In this document: one piece after another, positions 49,388 to 58,678 of the stretch
How the letters are laid out: each line of letters starts with the position of its first letter
Position numbering within the stretch: position 1 is the stretch's first letter
From: Candidatus Falkowbacteria bacterium
Lineage (GTDB): Bacteria > Patescibacteriota > Patescibacteriia > Patescibacteriales > UBA12465
Direction: 5' to 3'
Length of the DNA: 64,000 nucleotides
NCBI GenBank assembly: GCA_037137655.1
Contig: JBAXJX010000001.1
Location: 417,624-481,623 of the forward strand
Notes under the pieces: model-generated
The model's database searches: none
Told to the model about the DNA's origin: nothing
What the model saw: the letters and a program-made list of their open reading frames with translations, nothing else
Position numbers and translations under genes: made by a program

Positions 49388-51061
49388 TTAATCTTGAATA
49401 CAGCGAACCGCAGCACCTATAAAACGCCAATCAGCATTAGGAAAACTTAAAACACCACTAGAATAAGAAAATCTCATAAACCAAATTCTAATAGAGTCAA
49501 CTGGATTAGCCGCCATAATCATAGTCATAGTTCCTAAACTATCATAACCACCATTACGATTTCGACCAGCCGGCAAAGCTGTAAAACCAGAAGAGTTATC
49601 GGCGATATTTGTAGCTGCCCAATGAACAGTTCCCGCTTCTTTTAAATGTCCGCCAGCAACTTGAGAGGTGCCTAAATAATTAACCATGGTATTCATCTCT
49701 TGCTCTGATGGAACGTGCCAACCACTCGGACAAATACCTTGAATTTTATGAGTAGCTGGATCTGGGAAATCACACCCAACTTGATCAGTCGAGACACAAT
49801 TACCATTATTAGGCGCACCAGAACAATCATAGGCGCCGACACCATAATTATAAGTAGCCGCATCGCAATTAACAGGTAGCCTCATAACATTAGCCCATTC
49901 ATAAAGACCGCCATAGATTGCACAATTAGCACTATTATTTCCATAACAAAACTTTTGAATAGTGGAGGTTGAGGTTTGACAATACCACCAACCACTTTGG
50001 TTAACACAAGGCGCTGAACTACCGCTATTAATCATAGTTCCAACATTTAAATTCTCCTTTAGCCAGCATTGCGTCCCAATTAACACGGTGTGATATTTTC
50101 CAGCATCCGGGCCACCATCATAAGTAACTTCATCAGTGCCACAAGTAAAACAATTATTACTAATACAATTTTGTCCTGAACCACATGAACCACAGCTAAT
50201 TGTAGCGCCACAATTATCGGTCGTTGTACCACAAGTTTTTCCACTACAACTAGTAACTGGATTGGAAGTACAACCGCACTGCGCGACATTACCGCCACCA
50301 CCACAAGTTTGCGGGGCACTGCATTGAACATGGCTCGGATTATTAACGGTGCCGCCACAACCATCACTTAAAGAAGCACGACAATCACTTGGATCAGCCG
50401 AGGCCGGACTGCAACAAGAATTATTGTAACAAACTTGGGCACCAGAACAATCGACGCCATTACAACTAACACATTGACCGGAATTAGCACTGCAAGTAAA
50501 TGTTCCGGTGCATGCGAGTGGACTCGGATTAGTTAAAGTTAAACCACAATTATTATTATAAGTCGCTCGACAATCACTACCTGGAGCGGCCGTTGGCACG
50601 CAAAGACAACCATTGCCATTGTCAATTCCAGCTGGAGTCGCACAATGCAAACCGGAAATCATGCCACCAACCGAGCCACCGACACAATATTTTATTGAAT
50701 AGGATGTACCATCTATACTTGGCGCGTAAACATAAGAATTATTATCAAAATTAGTACACGCGCCGTCAGCTGGCGCCGGTGGCGTGGGAATGATAGCCAT
50801 GTAAGTAGTTGTGCCTTGGGTGGAAGTGGAAAAGATTTGACCAGAAGAAAATTCCGCCGCGCTTGGATAGCGTTGTTTATCATTGAAAAATAATTCTAAA
50901 GCCGTTTGAGTTTGTTTCACATCTGCGACACGACGAGCGTCACGCGCTTTAGCGCGAGCATTTTGTAAAGCGACAACTGCGATGGTGGCTAAGATGCCAA
51001 TAATGGCAATGACAACTAAAAGTTCGATTAAGGTAAAACCACTTCTCTTTTTACGAAACAT
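49388..51061 (-). CDS. prepilin-type protein with large Cys-rich region and C-terminal Fibrobacter-succinogenes-major-paralogous (FISUMP, TIGR02145-like) domain
   Basis: MFRKKRSGFTLIELLVVIAIIGILATIAVVALQNARAKARDARR; >40 Cys in central region; C-terminal GTQCWLKENLNVGTMI...GWHVPSEQEM...RCIQD. Confidence 0.75.
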   Translation of the reverse strand: MFRKKRSGFTLIELLVVIAIIGILATIAVVALQNARAKARDARRVADVKQTQTALELFFNDKQRYPSAAEFSSGQIFSTSTQGTTTYMAIIPTPPAPADGACTNFDNNSYVYAPSIDGTSYSIKYCVGGSVGGMISGLHCATPAGIDNGNGCLCVPTAAPGSDCRATYNNNCGLTLTNPSPLACTGTFTCSANSGQCVSCNGVDCSGAQVCYNNSCCSPASADPSDCRASLSDGCGGTVNNPSHVQCSAPQTCGGGGNVAQCGCTSNPVTSCSGKTCGTTTDNCGATISCGSCGSGQNCISNNCFTCGTDEVTYDGGPDAGKYHTVLIGTQCWLKENLNVGTMINSGSSAPCVNQSGWWYCQTSTSTIQKFCYGNNSANCAIYGGLYEWANVMRLPVNCDAATYNYGVGAYDCSGAPNNGNCVSTDQVGCDFPDPATHKIQGICPSGWHVPSEQEMNTMVNYLGTSQVAGGHLKEAGTVHWAATNIADNSSGFTALPAGRNRNGGYDSLGTMTMIMAANPVDSIRIWFMRFSYSSGVLSFPNADWRFIGAAVRCIQD

Positions 51062-51112
51062 AAAAATGAGTTATTTTATAATATTTTAATTATACCATAA
51101 AAATATAGTGAC

Positions 51113-52369
51113 TTAAAACTTAAGTGCGGCAAACGGCAAGTTGGCAAAAAAGTTGGTCATAATGAAAATATATTTTAGTAGAAAGTATGATGGTAAAAAC
51201 CACAGCGGTGCAAGTGGCGTGTAAATAAATGACAAACTTAGTGCCACTAACGCTAAAATTATTAAGACGGCAAAGACCCAAATAATTAAAGCATTAGCCA
51301 CTGGCGCAATAAGCGATAAACGACCGAAATTAAACACTAAAATCGGCCACGATAATAATTCACAAGCAATAGTCATCACAAAAATATCCATCACTTCCCC
51401 CACTTTTTTCTGCCAAAATTTAGATTTAATTTTAGCAATTAATTTATCACTCCTTTTTTTTAAAACCGGGTAAACATAAATCAGTGCGATGATTGCTAAA
51501 AATGATAACTGGAAACCAACGTCACTTATTAAATAGCGCGGGTTATAAAGCAACATCATCGCCAACGCAAAAAATAATATGCGCGTGATACGCGCTAGTC
51601 GCCCGATATATTTTCCATAAAGTAACAAGCCGCCCATTACCAAGGCGCGCACGGCCGGCGCTTGGCAACCGGTCATCACCACATAAAGAAATAATAATAC
51701 TAACGAACCCCAAAATGATTGGCGGCGGGAAAAAGCGAAAAATAAAAAAATACTATCAATAATTGCCGCCAGCAGCGTAATATGTGAACCGGAAATCGCA
51801 ATAATATGACTAATGCCGATGAGAGAAAATTTATCCAAATCATCTTTACTGACGGTGTATTTATAACCAAGAACCAAAGCATTGGCGAGACCAGATTCTG
51901 GCTCTGACAAAGCTAAATTAATAATATCGAGCGCCCGCTTTTTAAACGCAATTAAATTTCTTTTAAATAACCAAATAATGGATTTTTCCTGACCGATTTT
52001 AGCAATCTTTGGATAATAAGCTAAAAAATAAATTTGCTCTTTAGCGAGATAAGCTGGGTAATCGAAATTTTCAATTTTATCGGGCCGCTGGAGTTTTCCC
52101 GACACAGCCACAATATCACCTGGTAAATATTCTGGATACTTATCCACAGTTAAAAGTATTTTAAAATTATTTTTTCCGACAATAATTTTTTGGTAAGAGT
52201 CGCGCACATCCGGCTCATAAAGCACCACACTTCTTAAATTAATTTTTTTATTATTCAAATCACTAAAAACTTTTTCCGCCGAATGCAAATAAATAAAATA
52301 AAAGCGTAAGGCTAATAAAATTATCAACCCTAACCAAAAAATTATTTCTTTGCGGCGCAATTTAAACAT
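51113..52369 (-). CDS. comEC: ComEC/Rec2-like DNA internalisation channel (DUF4131 + competence domain, no metallo-beta-lactamase domain)
   Basis: 418 aa polytopic membrane protein; FSLIGISHIIAISGSHITLLAAII competence-domain signature. Confidence 0.65.
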   Translation of the reverse strand: MFKLRRKEIIFWLGLIILLALRFYFIYLHSAEKVFSDLNNKKINLRSVVLYEPDVRDSYQKIIVGKNNFKILLTVDKYPEYLPGDIVAVSGKLQRPDKIENFDYPAYLAKEQIYFLAYYPKIAKIGQEKSIIWLFKRNLIAFKKRALDIINLALSEPESGLANALVLGYKYTVSKDDLDKFSLIGISHIIAISGSHITLLAAIIDSIFLFFAFSRRQSFWGSLVLLFLYVVMTGCQAPAVRALVMGGLLLYGKYIGRLARITRILFFALAMMLLYNPRYLISDVGFQLSFLAIIALIYVYPVLKKRSDKLIAKIKSKFWQKKVGEVMDIFVMTIACELLSWPILVFNFGRLSLIAPVANALIIWVFAVLIILALVALSLSFIYTPLAPLWFLPSYFLLKYIFIMTNFFANLPFAALKF

Positions 52370-52429
52370 AAAAAAATACTAATTGTGACATTAGTATTTT
52401 AAAGAAAGATTATAAAGTTTTTATAAATA

Positions 52430-53524
52430 TTATTTTTTCAACCAGCGCAAATAGGCTTCCGTAAACGGTTCAAGTTCCCCGTCCAGGACGCTCGCAATAT
52501 CACTCGTTTCATAATCCGTGCGATGATCTTTTACCATTTGATATGGCTGCATGACATATGAGCGAATTTGACGACCCCAACCAGCGCCGCCACTTTCACC
52601 TTTTAATTTTCGCTCTTCCGTTTCCCGTTTTTCATCTTCCAAGTGCTTTAGTTTAGCATTTAAAATCTTAAAAGCGATTTCGCGATTTTGGTGCTGTGAG
52701 CGCTCCGTTTGGCACGTAACTGTAATCTTCGTCGGTAAATGCACCAAGCGCACCGCAGACGACGTTTTATTGACATTCTGACCACCTGGACCAGAGGAAT
52801 GAAAGAAATCCATGCGCACATCCTCTTCTCTGATATTTAATTCTTCTGACTCCGGTAATTCGGGAATAACTTCAATCGAAGCAAACGAAGTGTGACGCAT
52901 TGCCTCAGAGTCAAAGGGTGAAATGCGCACCAAGCGATGCATGCCACTTTCCCCTTTTAAATAAGCGTAAGCCCACTGACCGTCCACCCGAAAGGATGAA
53001 CTTTTAATACCAGCTTCATTACCATAACTGCGATCTAAAATTTCCACCTTAAATTTTTTCTTTTCACAAAAGCGCAACAACATTCTTTCTAAAATCTGCG
53101 CAAAATCTTGGGCATCAACACCACCGGTGCCACTGTGAATAGTGACAATTGCGGCACTGGCATCATATTTACCATCAAACAATAATAAAAATTCTAAATC
53201 CGAAAAAGTTTTTTGGAGCTCATCATATTTTTTATTGGCTTCTTCCGACAAACTATTATCATTTTCACTTTCAGCAATCGCCACCAACTCTTCCAGCTCG
53301 CGAATATTTTTTTCAAAATCATCCCATTTTTTTATTTCCGAATCTAATTCTTCCACGCGTTTACCAATAGCCACCGCCGCTTCGCGATCATTCCAAAAAT
53401 CCGGCGCACTCATCAAGCGTTTTTTATCATTACTTTCCGTGATCTTCGCATCCACATCCAAAAGACTTCTAGTTTTTAGAAATCGTTCACGCAATTCTTC
53501 AATTTTTTTTAATAAGTTTTCCAC
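52430..53524 (-). CDS. prfB: peptide chain release factor 2 (no programmed +1 frameshift; probable GTG start)
   Basis: SPF tripeptide (RISPFDSEA), GGQ motif SGPGGQNVNKTSSAVRLVHLPT; N-terminus VENLLKKIEELRERF aligns with RF2 start; ORF-track extension to 53707 overlaps pilin gene and is rejected. Confidence 0.8.
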   Translation of the reverse strand: MENLLKKIEELRERFLKTRSLLDVDAKITESNDKKRLMSAPDFWNDREAAVAIGKRVEELDSEIKKWDDFEKNIRELEELVAIAESENDNSLSEEANKKYDELQKTFSDLEFLLLFDGKYDASAAIVTIHSGTGGVDAQDFAQILERMLLRFCEKKKFKVEILDRSYGNEAGIKSSSFRVDGQWAYAYLKGESGMHRLVRISPFDSEAMRHTSFASIEVIPELPESEELNIREEDVRMDFFHSSGPGGQNVNKTSSAVRLVHLPTKITVTCQTERSQHQNREIAFKILNAKLKHLEDEKRETEERKLKGESGGAGWGRQIRSYVMQPYQMVKDHRTDYETSDIASVLDGELEPFTEAYLRWLKK

Positions 53525-53555
53525 AATTTTAAATTTTACGCAATAATATTTATAT

Positions 53556-54692
53556 TTAATTTTGAATACAACGGACAGAAAAACCATTGCAAGTACTAGG
53601 AGTATCACGCCATATACCAGCAACACCTGATAAAGATCTCGTATAACCAGCTGACGACCACCATTCACCCACATTATTAAATGCAAAGTATAAATTATTG
53701 CCTTCATCAGGGCAATAATAATATCCAGCTAAAATCCCGTCAAAACCGGATGATCCACCAGTCTTTAGTTTTGTCCCAGCCGAAACACAATCATCGTAAC
53801 TACGATTAGCTACACAAGTTTGACCATTGTCTTTTAAATAGTTTTCTAAAACTGAAAAATCTGAATCTAATGGTAAATGCCAACCATTTGGACAAATATC
53901 TTTAGCTCCAGCGTATTGCGCTGCTTCGTCATATTGATATAAACCACCATAAGTTTGACAACTAGACGTGCTATCGCCATAACAATATTTTTCCATAACG
54001 CCATTATTGGTTTGGGATACAGCACCGGTAGTAACGCCAACAACATAGTGACCAACGTTTAAATTTTGCTTTATCCAACATTGAGTACCAATACTAACCG
54101 TATCATAAGTGCAGGTGTCATAATCCGGTGCTCCAGTATTGCAAACATGATTAAGGGTTGATGTTACCACTACTTGAGATTGCAGGCAAACGGAAGCCGG
54201 CACACTACTAGTTACCGCCACAATTCCCTTTGGTGTTAAAATATTATTACCGGCAGCAAATTTATCAACTTGAGAACCAAGACAAAATGATAAAGAATAA
54301 GTATTGGTGGTGGTGCCTGGTGTATAAACATAAGCATTACTAGAAGAACTACAAGAACCATCCGGTGGTGTTGGCGCATTAGGAATAGTGGCTAGATAAG
54401 CCACACCGTTTGGCGAAACTATTTTCCCAGATGACCATTGAGTTGATGAAGGATAAATGCCGTTATCAGTTATATATAATTCTAGAGCTTTTTTAATTTG
54501 AGTGACTTGAGACAAGCGCATAGTATCACGAGCGGAAGCAAATCTTTGCAATGGATTTAGAGCTACAAAAACTACCGCCGCAATAATAGCGATGATAGCA
54601 ATAACAATTAGGAGTTCGATGAGAGTGAAGAATTTTTTACTTTTTTTTCGACACTTTTTTAATTTAGAATTTATTTTAGGGAAAAAGTTCAT
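53556..54692 (-). CDS. prepilin-type protein with C-terminal FISUMP domain; Phe instead of Gly at -1
   Basis: MNFFPKINSKLKKCRKKSKKFFTLIELLIVIAIIAIIAAV; VSIGTQCWIKQNLNVGHYV...GWHLPLDSDF...RCIQN; start ATG 54692 consistent with promoter at 54734-54762. Confidence 0.7.
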   Translation of the reverse strand: MNFFPKINSKLKKCRKKSKKFFTLIELLIVIAIIAIIAAVVFVALNPLQRFASARDTMRLSQVTQIKKALELYITDNGIYPSSTQWSSGKIVSPNGVAYLATIPNAPTPPDGSCSSSSNAYVYTPGTTTNTYSLSFCLGSQVDKFAAGNNILTPKGIVAVTSSVPASVCLQSQVVVTSTLNHVCNTGAPDYDTCTYDTVSIGTQCWIKQNLNVGHYVVGVTTGAVSQTNNGVMEKYCYGDSTSSCQTYGGLYQYDEAAQYAGAKDICPNGWHLPLDSDFSVLENYLKDNGQTCVANRSYDDCVSAGTKLKTGGSSGFDGILAGYYYCPDEGNNLYFAFNNVGEWWSSAGYTRSLSGVAGIWRDTPSTCNGFSVRCIQN

Positions 54693-54733
54693 AAATAATA
54701 ACAATAATAAGCAAAACATCAACCAACGCAACT

Positions 54734-54762
54734 ATTTTAACAGAAATAACTAAATTTCACAA
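54734..54762 (-). promoter_or_regulatory. promoter TTGTGA-N17-TAAAAT for pilin gene 53556..54692
   Basis: rc 54757-54762 TTGTGA, rc 54734-54739 TAAAAT. Confidence 0.45.
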
Positions 54763-54768
54763 ATAAAA

Positions 54769-54791
54769 AACCACTAAATTATTTAGTGGTT
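54769..54791 (-). terminator. intrinsic terminator of 54814..55305
   Basis: AACCACTAAAT-tat-TTAGTGGTT then (minus) TTTTTTATTTG. Confidence 0.6.
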
Positions 54792-54813
54792 ACGAAGATT
54801 CTTAAATAAAAAA

Positions 54814-55305
54814 TTAAATTTTTGTTTTTCTTGGTTCTTTCCCAAAAAATTCAACAAAATTATTAACTAAATTTTCTAAACCCAAAACCCAAACAGCTCC
54901 CCAAAAAAATGACAAGCAGAAGGATATGGAATAGGCTAATAAAATTTTATTATCAACTACCGGTTGAATTCCAAAATCAACTAAGCGTAGCACTGAATTA
55001 ACAATTAATAATTTCAACAAATAAATACTTGGACCAATAATTGCCAACTTTAAACCACTCACAATCCATTCATAGCGAATATTTATCCGAAAAAATTTAA
55101 AAACATAAGTCGCTAAATTTTTAAATGACTCAATAAAAATAATTGCTTCAAAAATATCAGTTATCAAAGTCACTCCCCGAAAAACCAGAGACTGTTCTAA
55201 TGACATTTTCACCAGAAATAATTCATAAAATAAAATTCCAAAATTTGTCAGCAGAAGAAAAAAATAAAATTCCAAAATCTTCCTTAATTGCCCGGACTGC
55301 AGCAT
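54814..55305 (-). CDS. hypothetical integral membrane protein
   Basis: 163 aa, 4 TM segments. Confidence 0.45.
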   Translation of the reverse strand: MLQSGQLRKILEFYFFLLLTNFGILFYELFLVKMSLEQSLVFRGVTLITDIFEAIIFIESFKNLATYVFKFFRINIRYEWIVSGLKLAIIGPSIYLLKLLIVNSVLRLVDFGIQPVVDNKILLAYSISFCLSFFWGAVWVLGLENLVNNFVEFFGKEPRKTKI

Positions 55306-55381
55306 CTAATCCTCCTTTTTTTAATTAAATTATTAATAAACAAAAAACTACTATTTACTTTGTATAAAATTACAACTTTTG

Positions 55382-56515
55382 TCAATCATGAATACAGCGA
55401 ACGGAATAACCATAAGAATTATTATCATTAGTTCTTAAGATGTAGTGACCAGTCTCAACCCATGTGCCCTCATCATCATAGCCACCAATCAATTCAATCA
55501 GTCTATCCCATGCTCTTGTACCACTAATAACTGTAGAGGACCAAAACTGGCTATTATTACCAAAGTAAGTAAATCCAGATGAAGCCCCAATTTTAACCCC
55601 AGAAAGTAAAGCATTGAATAATAATGGATCTTGATATTGAATACCAGCACCATAGCAATCCCAAGTATTTCGATTAGGGTTACAAGTTTGGCCCACGGTT
55701 TTTAAATACTGATCTAAAGTATTTTGTTCAGAATCACTTGGGATATGCCAACCGGTCGGACAAACACCTTGAGCGCTTTCAGTGACAGAGTATTGCATTG
55801 CTTCACCCCATGAATATAAACCACCATGAATATCACAATTACTAGTGATATTATTATAACAATATTTCTCTACAATACCATTGTTTGAAACAACATTATC
55901 ACTAGATGATGCAATAACCATTGTGCCAATGTTTAAGTTATCTTTAAACCAGCACTGCGAACCAATTTGCACGGTGCGATAATAGCCACCTTGATTACGA
56001 CTTGATCCGCTAAGATCATATGGTCCACCAGCATAAGCTATCGTACTCCCACAAGCAAAAGACGAGGATGTCGCCACTACACTAACAATCCCGGTTGGTG
56101 TTAAAATATTATTTCCGGCAGAAAATTTATCAACTTGAGAGCCAAGACAAAATGATAAAGAATAAGTATTAGTAGTAGTACTTGGTGTGTAAACATAAGC
56201 ATTACTGGAAGAACTACAAGAACCATCTGGTGGTGTTGGTGCGTTAGGAATAGTAGCCAGATAAGCCACACCATTTGGCGAAACTATTTTACCGGATGAC
56301 CACTGAGTGGGTGAGGGATAAACACTGTTATCCATAATATATAATTCCAGAGCCTTTTTAATTTGGACTACCTGGGAAAGACGCATGGTATCACGAGAAG
56401 AAGAAAAACGTTGAAGTGGATTTAAGGCCACAAAAACCACCGCCGCAATAATGGCAATGATAGCAATAACAATTAGGAGTTCGATGAGGGTAAATCCGCT
56501 TTTCTTATTTTTCAT
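55382..56515 (-). CDS. prepilin-type protein with C-terminal FISUMP domain
   Basis: MKNKKSGFTLIELLIVIAIIAIIAAVVFV; first ~140 aa ~90% identical (nt level) to 53556..54692; VQIGSQCWFKDNLNIGTMV...GWHIPSDSEQ...RCIHD. Confidence 0.75.
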   Translation of the reverse strand: MKNKKSGFTLIELLIVIAIIAIIAAVVFVALNPLQRFSSSRDTMRLSQVVQIKKALELYIMDNSVYPSPTQWSSGKIVSPNGVAYLATIPNAPTPPDGSCSSSSNAYVYTPSTTTNTYSLSFCLGSQVDKFSAGNNILTPTGIVSVVATSSSFACGSTIAYAGGPYDLSGSSRNQGGYYRTVQIGSQCWFKDNLNIGTMVIASSSDNVVSNNGIVEKYCYNNITSNCDIHGGLYSWGEAMQYSVTESAQGVCPTGWHIPSDSEQNTLDQYLKTVGQTCNPNRNTWDCYGAGIQYQDPLLFNALLSGVKIGASSGFTYFGNNSQFWSSTVISGTRAWDRLIELIGGYDDEGTWVETGHYILRTNDNNSYGYSVRCIHD

Positions 56516-56521
56516 ATAAAT

Positions 56522-56550
56522 ATTCTACCAAAAATATCCTAATTTCACAA
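56522..56550 (-). promoter_or_regulatory. promoter TTGTGA-N17-TAGAAT for pilin gene 55382..56515
   Basis: rc 56545-56550 TTGTGA, rc 56522-56527 TAGAAT. Confidence 0.45.
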
Positions 56551-56556
56551 ATAAAA

Positions 56557-56583
56557 AACCTCGTTCAAATAAATGAACGAGGT
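56557..56583 (-). terminator. intrinsic terminator of 56599..57351
   Basis: AACCTCGTTCA-aataaa-TGAACGAGGT then (minus) TTTTTTATTTG. Confidence 0.6.
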
Positions 56584-56598
56584 CGTATAAAATTTTAA

Positions 56599-57351
56599 TT
56601 AAAATTTTATGGTTTTGCGGTTGACCAGTCTAACGCCAGCGTTGGGGATTTTATCTCCAGCTGAAACATTACAAACATGTAATTCACGACTGCCCTGCTT
56701 CCAAAAAACATTAATAACTCGATTGCCGAACAATTTTGTACCTGTGCACAGCGTTCCATTTGTCGAACTAAGTTTAGCACCATTGTTCTCAACGTAAGTT
56801 CGAAACCAATGGATCATTAATTCTAAAAAAGTTATGCCGCTAAGTTTGCGTTGCCAAATTTCACTCGCCGAAATACCAACAAACGCACCATTGGGTTCTA
56901 ATTCTTTTAGCAAAAAAACTGAGTAGCTTGATTTTGGATAACGATCATGACTCTCAAATAAATCCAAGAATTGATCACCAGAATTAAACTTAATTATAAT
57001 GCCATTTCTTGCCATCACATCAAAAACTCGTGTCTCAGTTAATCCGGCAGGAATAAAAATATTGGTATGAATTTTACTATTATATCCCGGTGGAATATTA
57101 AGTTTAAAATTCTTAGCCAACTTAATGCCAAAATATTTTTTATAAAAAATATCCCAAGCAATTTTTTCTTTAGTCTTGCAACACCTTTCTTCGCAAAAAG
57201 CTTTCAATAGAGTTAGCCTTAACTTCGACTCATCATTCAGATATTCCAACATTTGCTCATTCGACATTTTCGGCAAAAAATCACAGACTTTAACTTTAAG
57301 TATTTCTAAAGTTTCGTTGACAACAGCAACATCACGATTATCATTACTCAT
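56599..57351 (-). CDS. hypothetical protein
   Basis: 250-aa ORF, Cys-containing (EERCCKTKEK), no recognisable domain. Confidence 0.45.
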   Translation of the reverse strand: MSNDNRDVAVVNETLEILKVKVCDFLPKMSNEQMLEYLNDESKLRLTLLKAFCEERCCKTKEKIAWDIFYKKYFGIKLAKNFKLNIPPGYNSKIHTNIFIPAGLTETRVFDVMARNGIIIKFNSGDQFLDLFESHDRYPKSSYSVFLLKELEPNGAFVGISASEIWQRKLSGITFLELMIHWFRTYVENNGAKLSSTNGTLCTGTKLFGNRVINVFWKQGSRELHVCNVSAGDKIPNAGVRLVNRKTIKF

Positions 57352-57445
57352 ATTTTATATATTTTAAATGAACACTAATTTTCACACCATTACCGTAACA
57401 CAAAAAAATATTTTAGTCAATATAAAAATAAGAGCCCATATAAAC

Positions 57446-57474
57446 AAAAAACCCTCCGAGCGGAGGGTTTTTGA
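57446..57474 (-). terminator. intrinsic terminator after rpsI
   Basis: AAACCCTCCG-agc-GGAGGGTTT flanked by A-run/T-run. Confidence 0.65.
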
Positions 57475-57486
57475 TATAAAAAGAGA

Positions 57487-57948
57487 TTAACGTTTTGACC
57501 ATTGTGGAGACTTACGAGCTTTACGTAAACCTGGTTTCTTTCTTTCAACTTTACGACGATCACGAGTAAGTAATCCAGCAGTTTTTAGAACATCACCAGT
57601 AGATTCATCCATGACTAATAAAGCGCGAGCAATACCATGACGAACAGCTTCTGTTTGACCAGCTTTACCGCCGCCACGAACAATAACAGAAACATTTAAA
57701 TCACGTAAATGACTAGTAAGTTTTAAAGGCATAGTTGCATTTAAAGAGTCATCGCCAGGAAAATATTTAGTTACTTTTTGACCGTTAACAATAATTGCAC
57801 CTTTACCATCTTCGTATAAACGAACACGAGCTGATGCAGTTTTGCGACGACCAGTTGCTTGAATGAATTTACCAGTAAAGCTAGTTGCTTCTGGCTTATC
57901 TTCAACTTCTTTTTCAGAAGCTTTTTTTGTAGTAGTTTTTTCTGCCAT
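57487..57948 (-). CDS. rpsI: 30S ribosomal protein S9 with N-terminal extension
   Basis: GRRKTASARVRL...GGGKAGQTEAVRHGIARAL...RDRRKVERKKPGLRKARKSPQWSKR. Confidence 0.9.
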   Translation of the reverse strand: MAEKTTTKKASEKEVEDKPEATSFTGKFIQATGRRKTASARVRLYEDGKGAIIVNGQKVTKYFPGDDSLNATMPLKLTSHLRDLNVSVIVRGGGKAGQTEAVRHGIARALLVMDESTGDVLKTAGLLTRDRRKVERKKPGLRKARKSPQWSKR

Positions 57949-57956
57949 ATTGAAAC

Positions 57957-58304
57957 TTATTTAATAATTAAACGTTTCATCATTCCGTTACGCAATCTTG
58001 AAGGTGGTAACATGTTGAATACAGCCTTATACAAAACTTTAGCCGGAGTCAAATCGGAAATTTTCTTGGTTTTTAAACCGCCCAAATATCCAGAATAATG
58101 ATAATATTTTTTCTGATCCAATTTATTGCCGGTGTATTTCATTTCCTCAGCATTAAGAACCTCAACAACATCACCTTCGTCTAAATGTGGTTCATAGCTA
58201 GCTTTATTTTTACCGCGCAAAATGATAGCGATTTTGGATGCTAATCTTCCCGGTGCAATTCCGGCAGCATCAAGTTTATGCAATTTTCTTTCCAAATTTT
58301 TCAT
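57957..58304 (-). CDS. rplM: 50S ribosomal protein L13
   Basis: LHKLDAAGIAPGRLASKIAIILRGKNKASYEPHLDEGDVV. Confidence 0.85.
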   Translation of the reverse strand: MKNLERKLHKLDAAGIAPGRLASKIAIILRGKNKASYEPHLDEGDVVEVLNAEEMKYTGNKLDQKKYYHYSGYLGGLKTKKISDLTPAKVLYKAVFNMLPPSRLRNGMMKRLIIK

Positions 58305-58315
58305 ATTTATTATAA

Positions 58316-58666
58316 TTAAACTAATTCAATTTGCACCATTTTAGCGCCGTCACCTTGGCGTGGTTCCAATTTTATAATTCTAGTATAACCACCTTGACGT
58401 TCCTTGTAGCGAGCACCCAAAACTTCTAAAGCTTTAGTTACGGCTGTTTTTTGCAACAAAACCTTAAGCAAAGAACGACGACTAGTTAAGCTACCAGCTT
58501 TAGCTAGAGTGATCATTCTTTCCACAAGTGGACGTACAACTTTAGCCTTAGCTTCAGTAGTTTTAACTTTTTCGTAAATTAAAATACTAGAAGCCATGTT
58601 ACGTAACATCGATTCACGTGGGGCTTTTTTTCTGTCTAAAATTTTTCCTTTATTTCTGTGTCTCAT
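58316..58666 (-). CDS. rplQ: 50S ribosomal protein L17
   Basis: MRHRNKGKILDRKKAPRESMLRNMASSILIYEKVKTTEAKAK. Confidence 0.9.
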   Translation of the reverse strand: MRHRNKGKILDRKKAPRESMLRNMASSILIYEKVKTTEAKAKVVRPLVERMITLAKAGSLTSRRSLLKVLLQKTAVTKALEVLGARYKERQGGYTRIIKLEPRQGDGAKMVQIELV

Positions 58667-58678
58667 ATTAGTATAAAA

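Noticed and set aside
49368-49430. Upstream extension of pilin 48054 gene (MAFYRCCGSLYSRLILKFKYI)
   Set aside because: Would overlap the 3' end of pilin gene 49388-51061; canonical prepilin leader begins at MIYKKRSG|FTLIEL
50080-50367. 95-aa minus and 63-aa plus ORFs inside the Cys-rich pilin gene
   Set aside because: Alternative-frame artefacts in a GC-richer, Cys-codon-rich segment of a confidently called CDS
53525-53707. Upstream extension of prfB ORF into pilin gene
   Set aside because: Different frame inside a strongly supported pilin CDS; RF2 homology starts at VENLLKK (GTG)
54693-54731. Upstream extension of FISUMP-pilin (MRWLMFCLLLLLF)
   Set aside because: Would overlap the predicted TTGTGA-N17-TAAAAT promoter; internal ATG 54692 gives a typical K-rich prepilin leader
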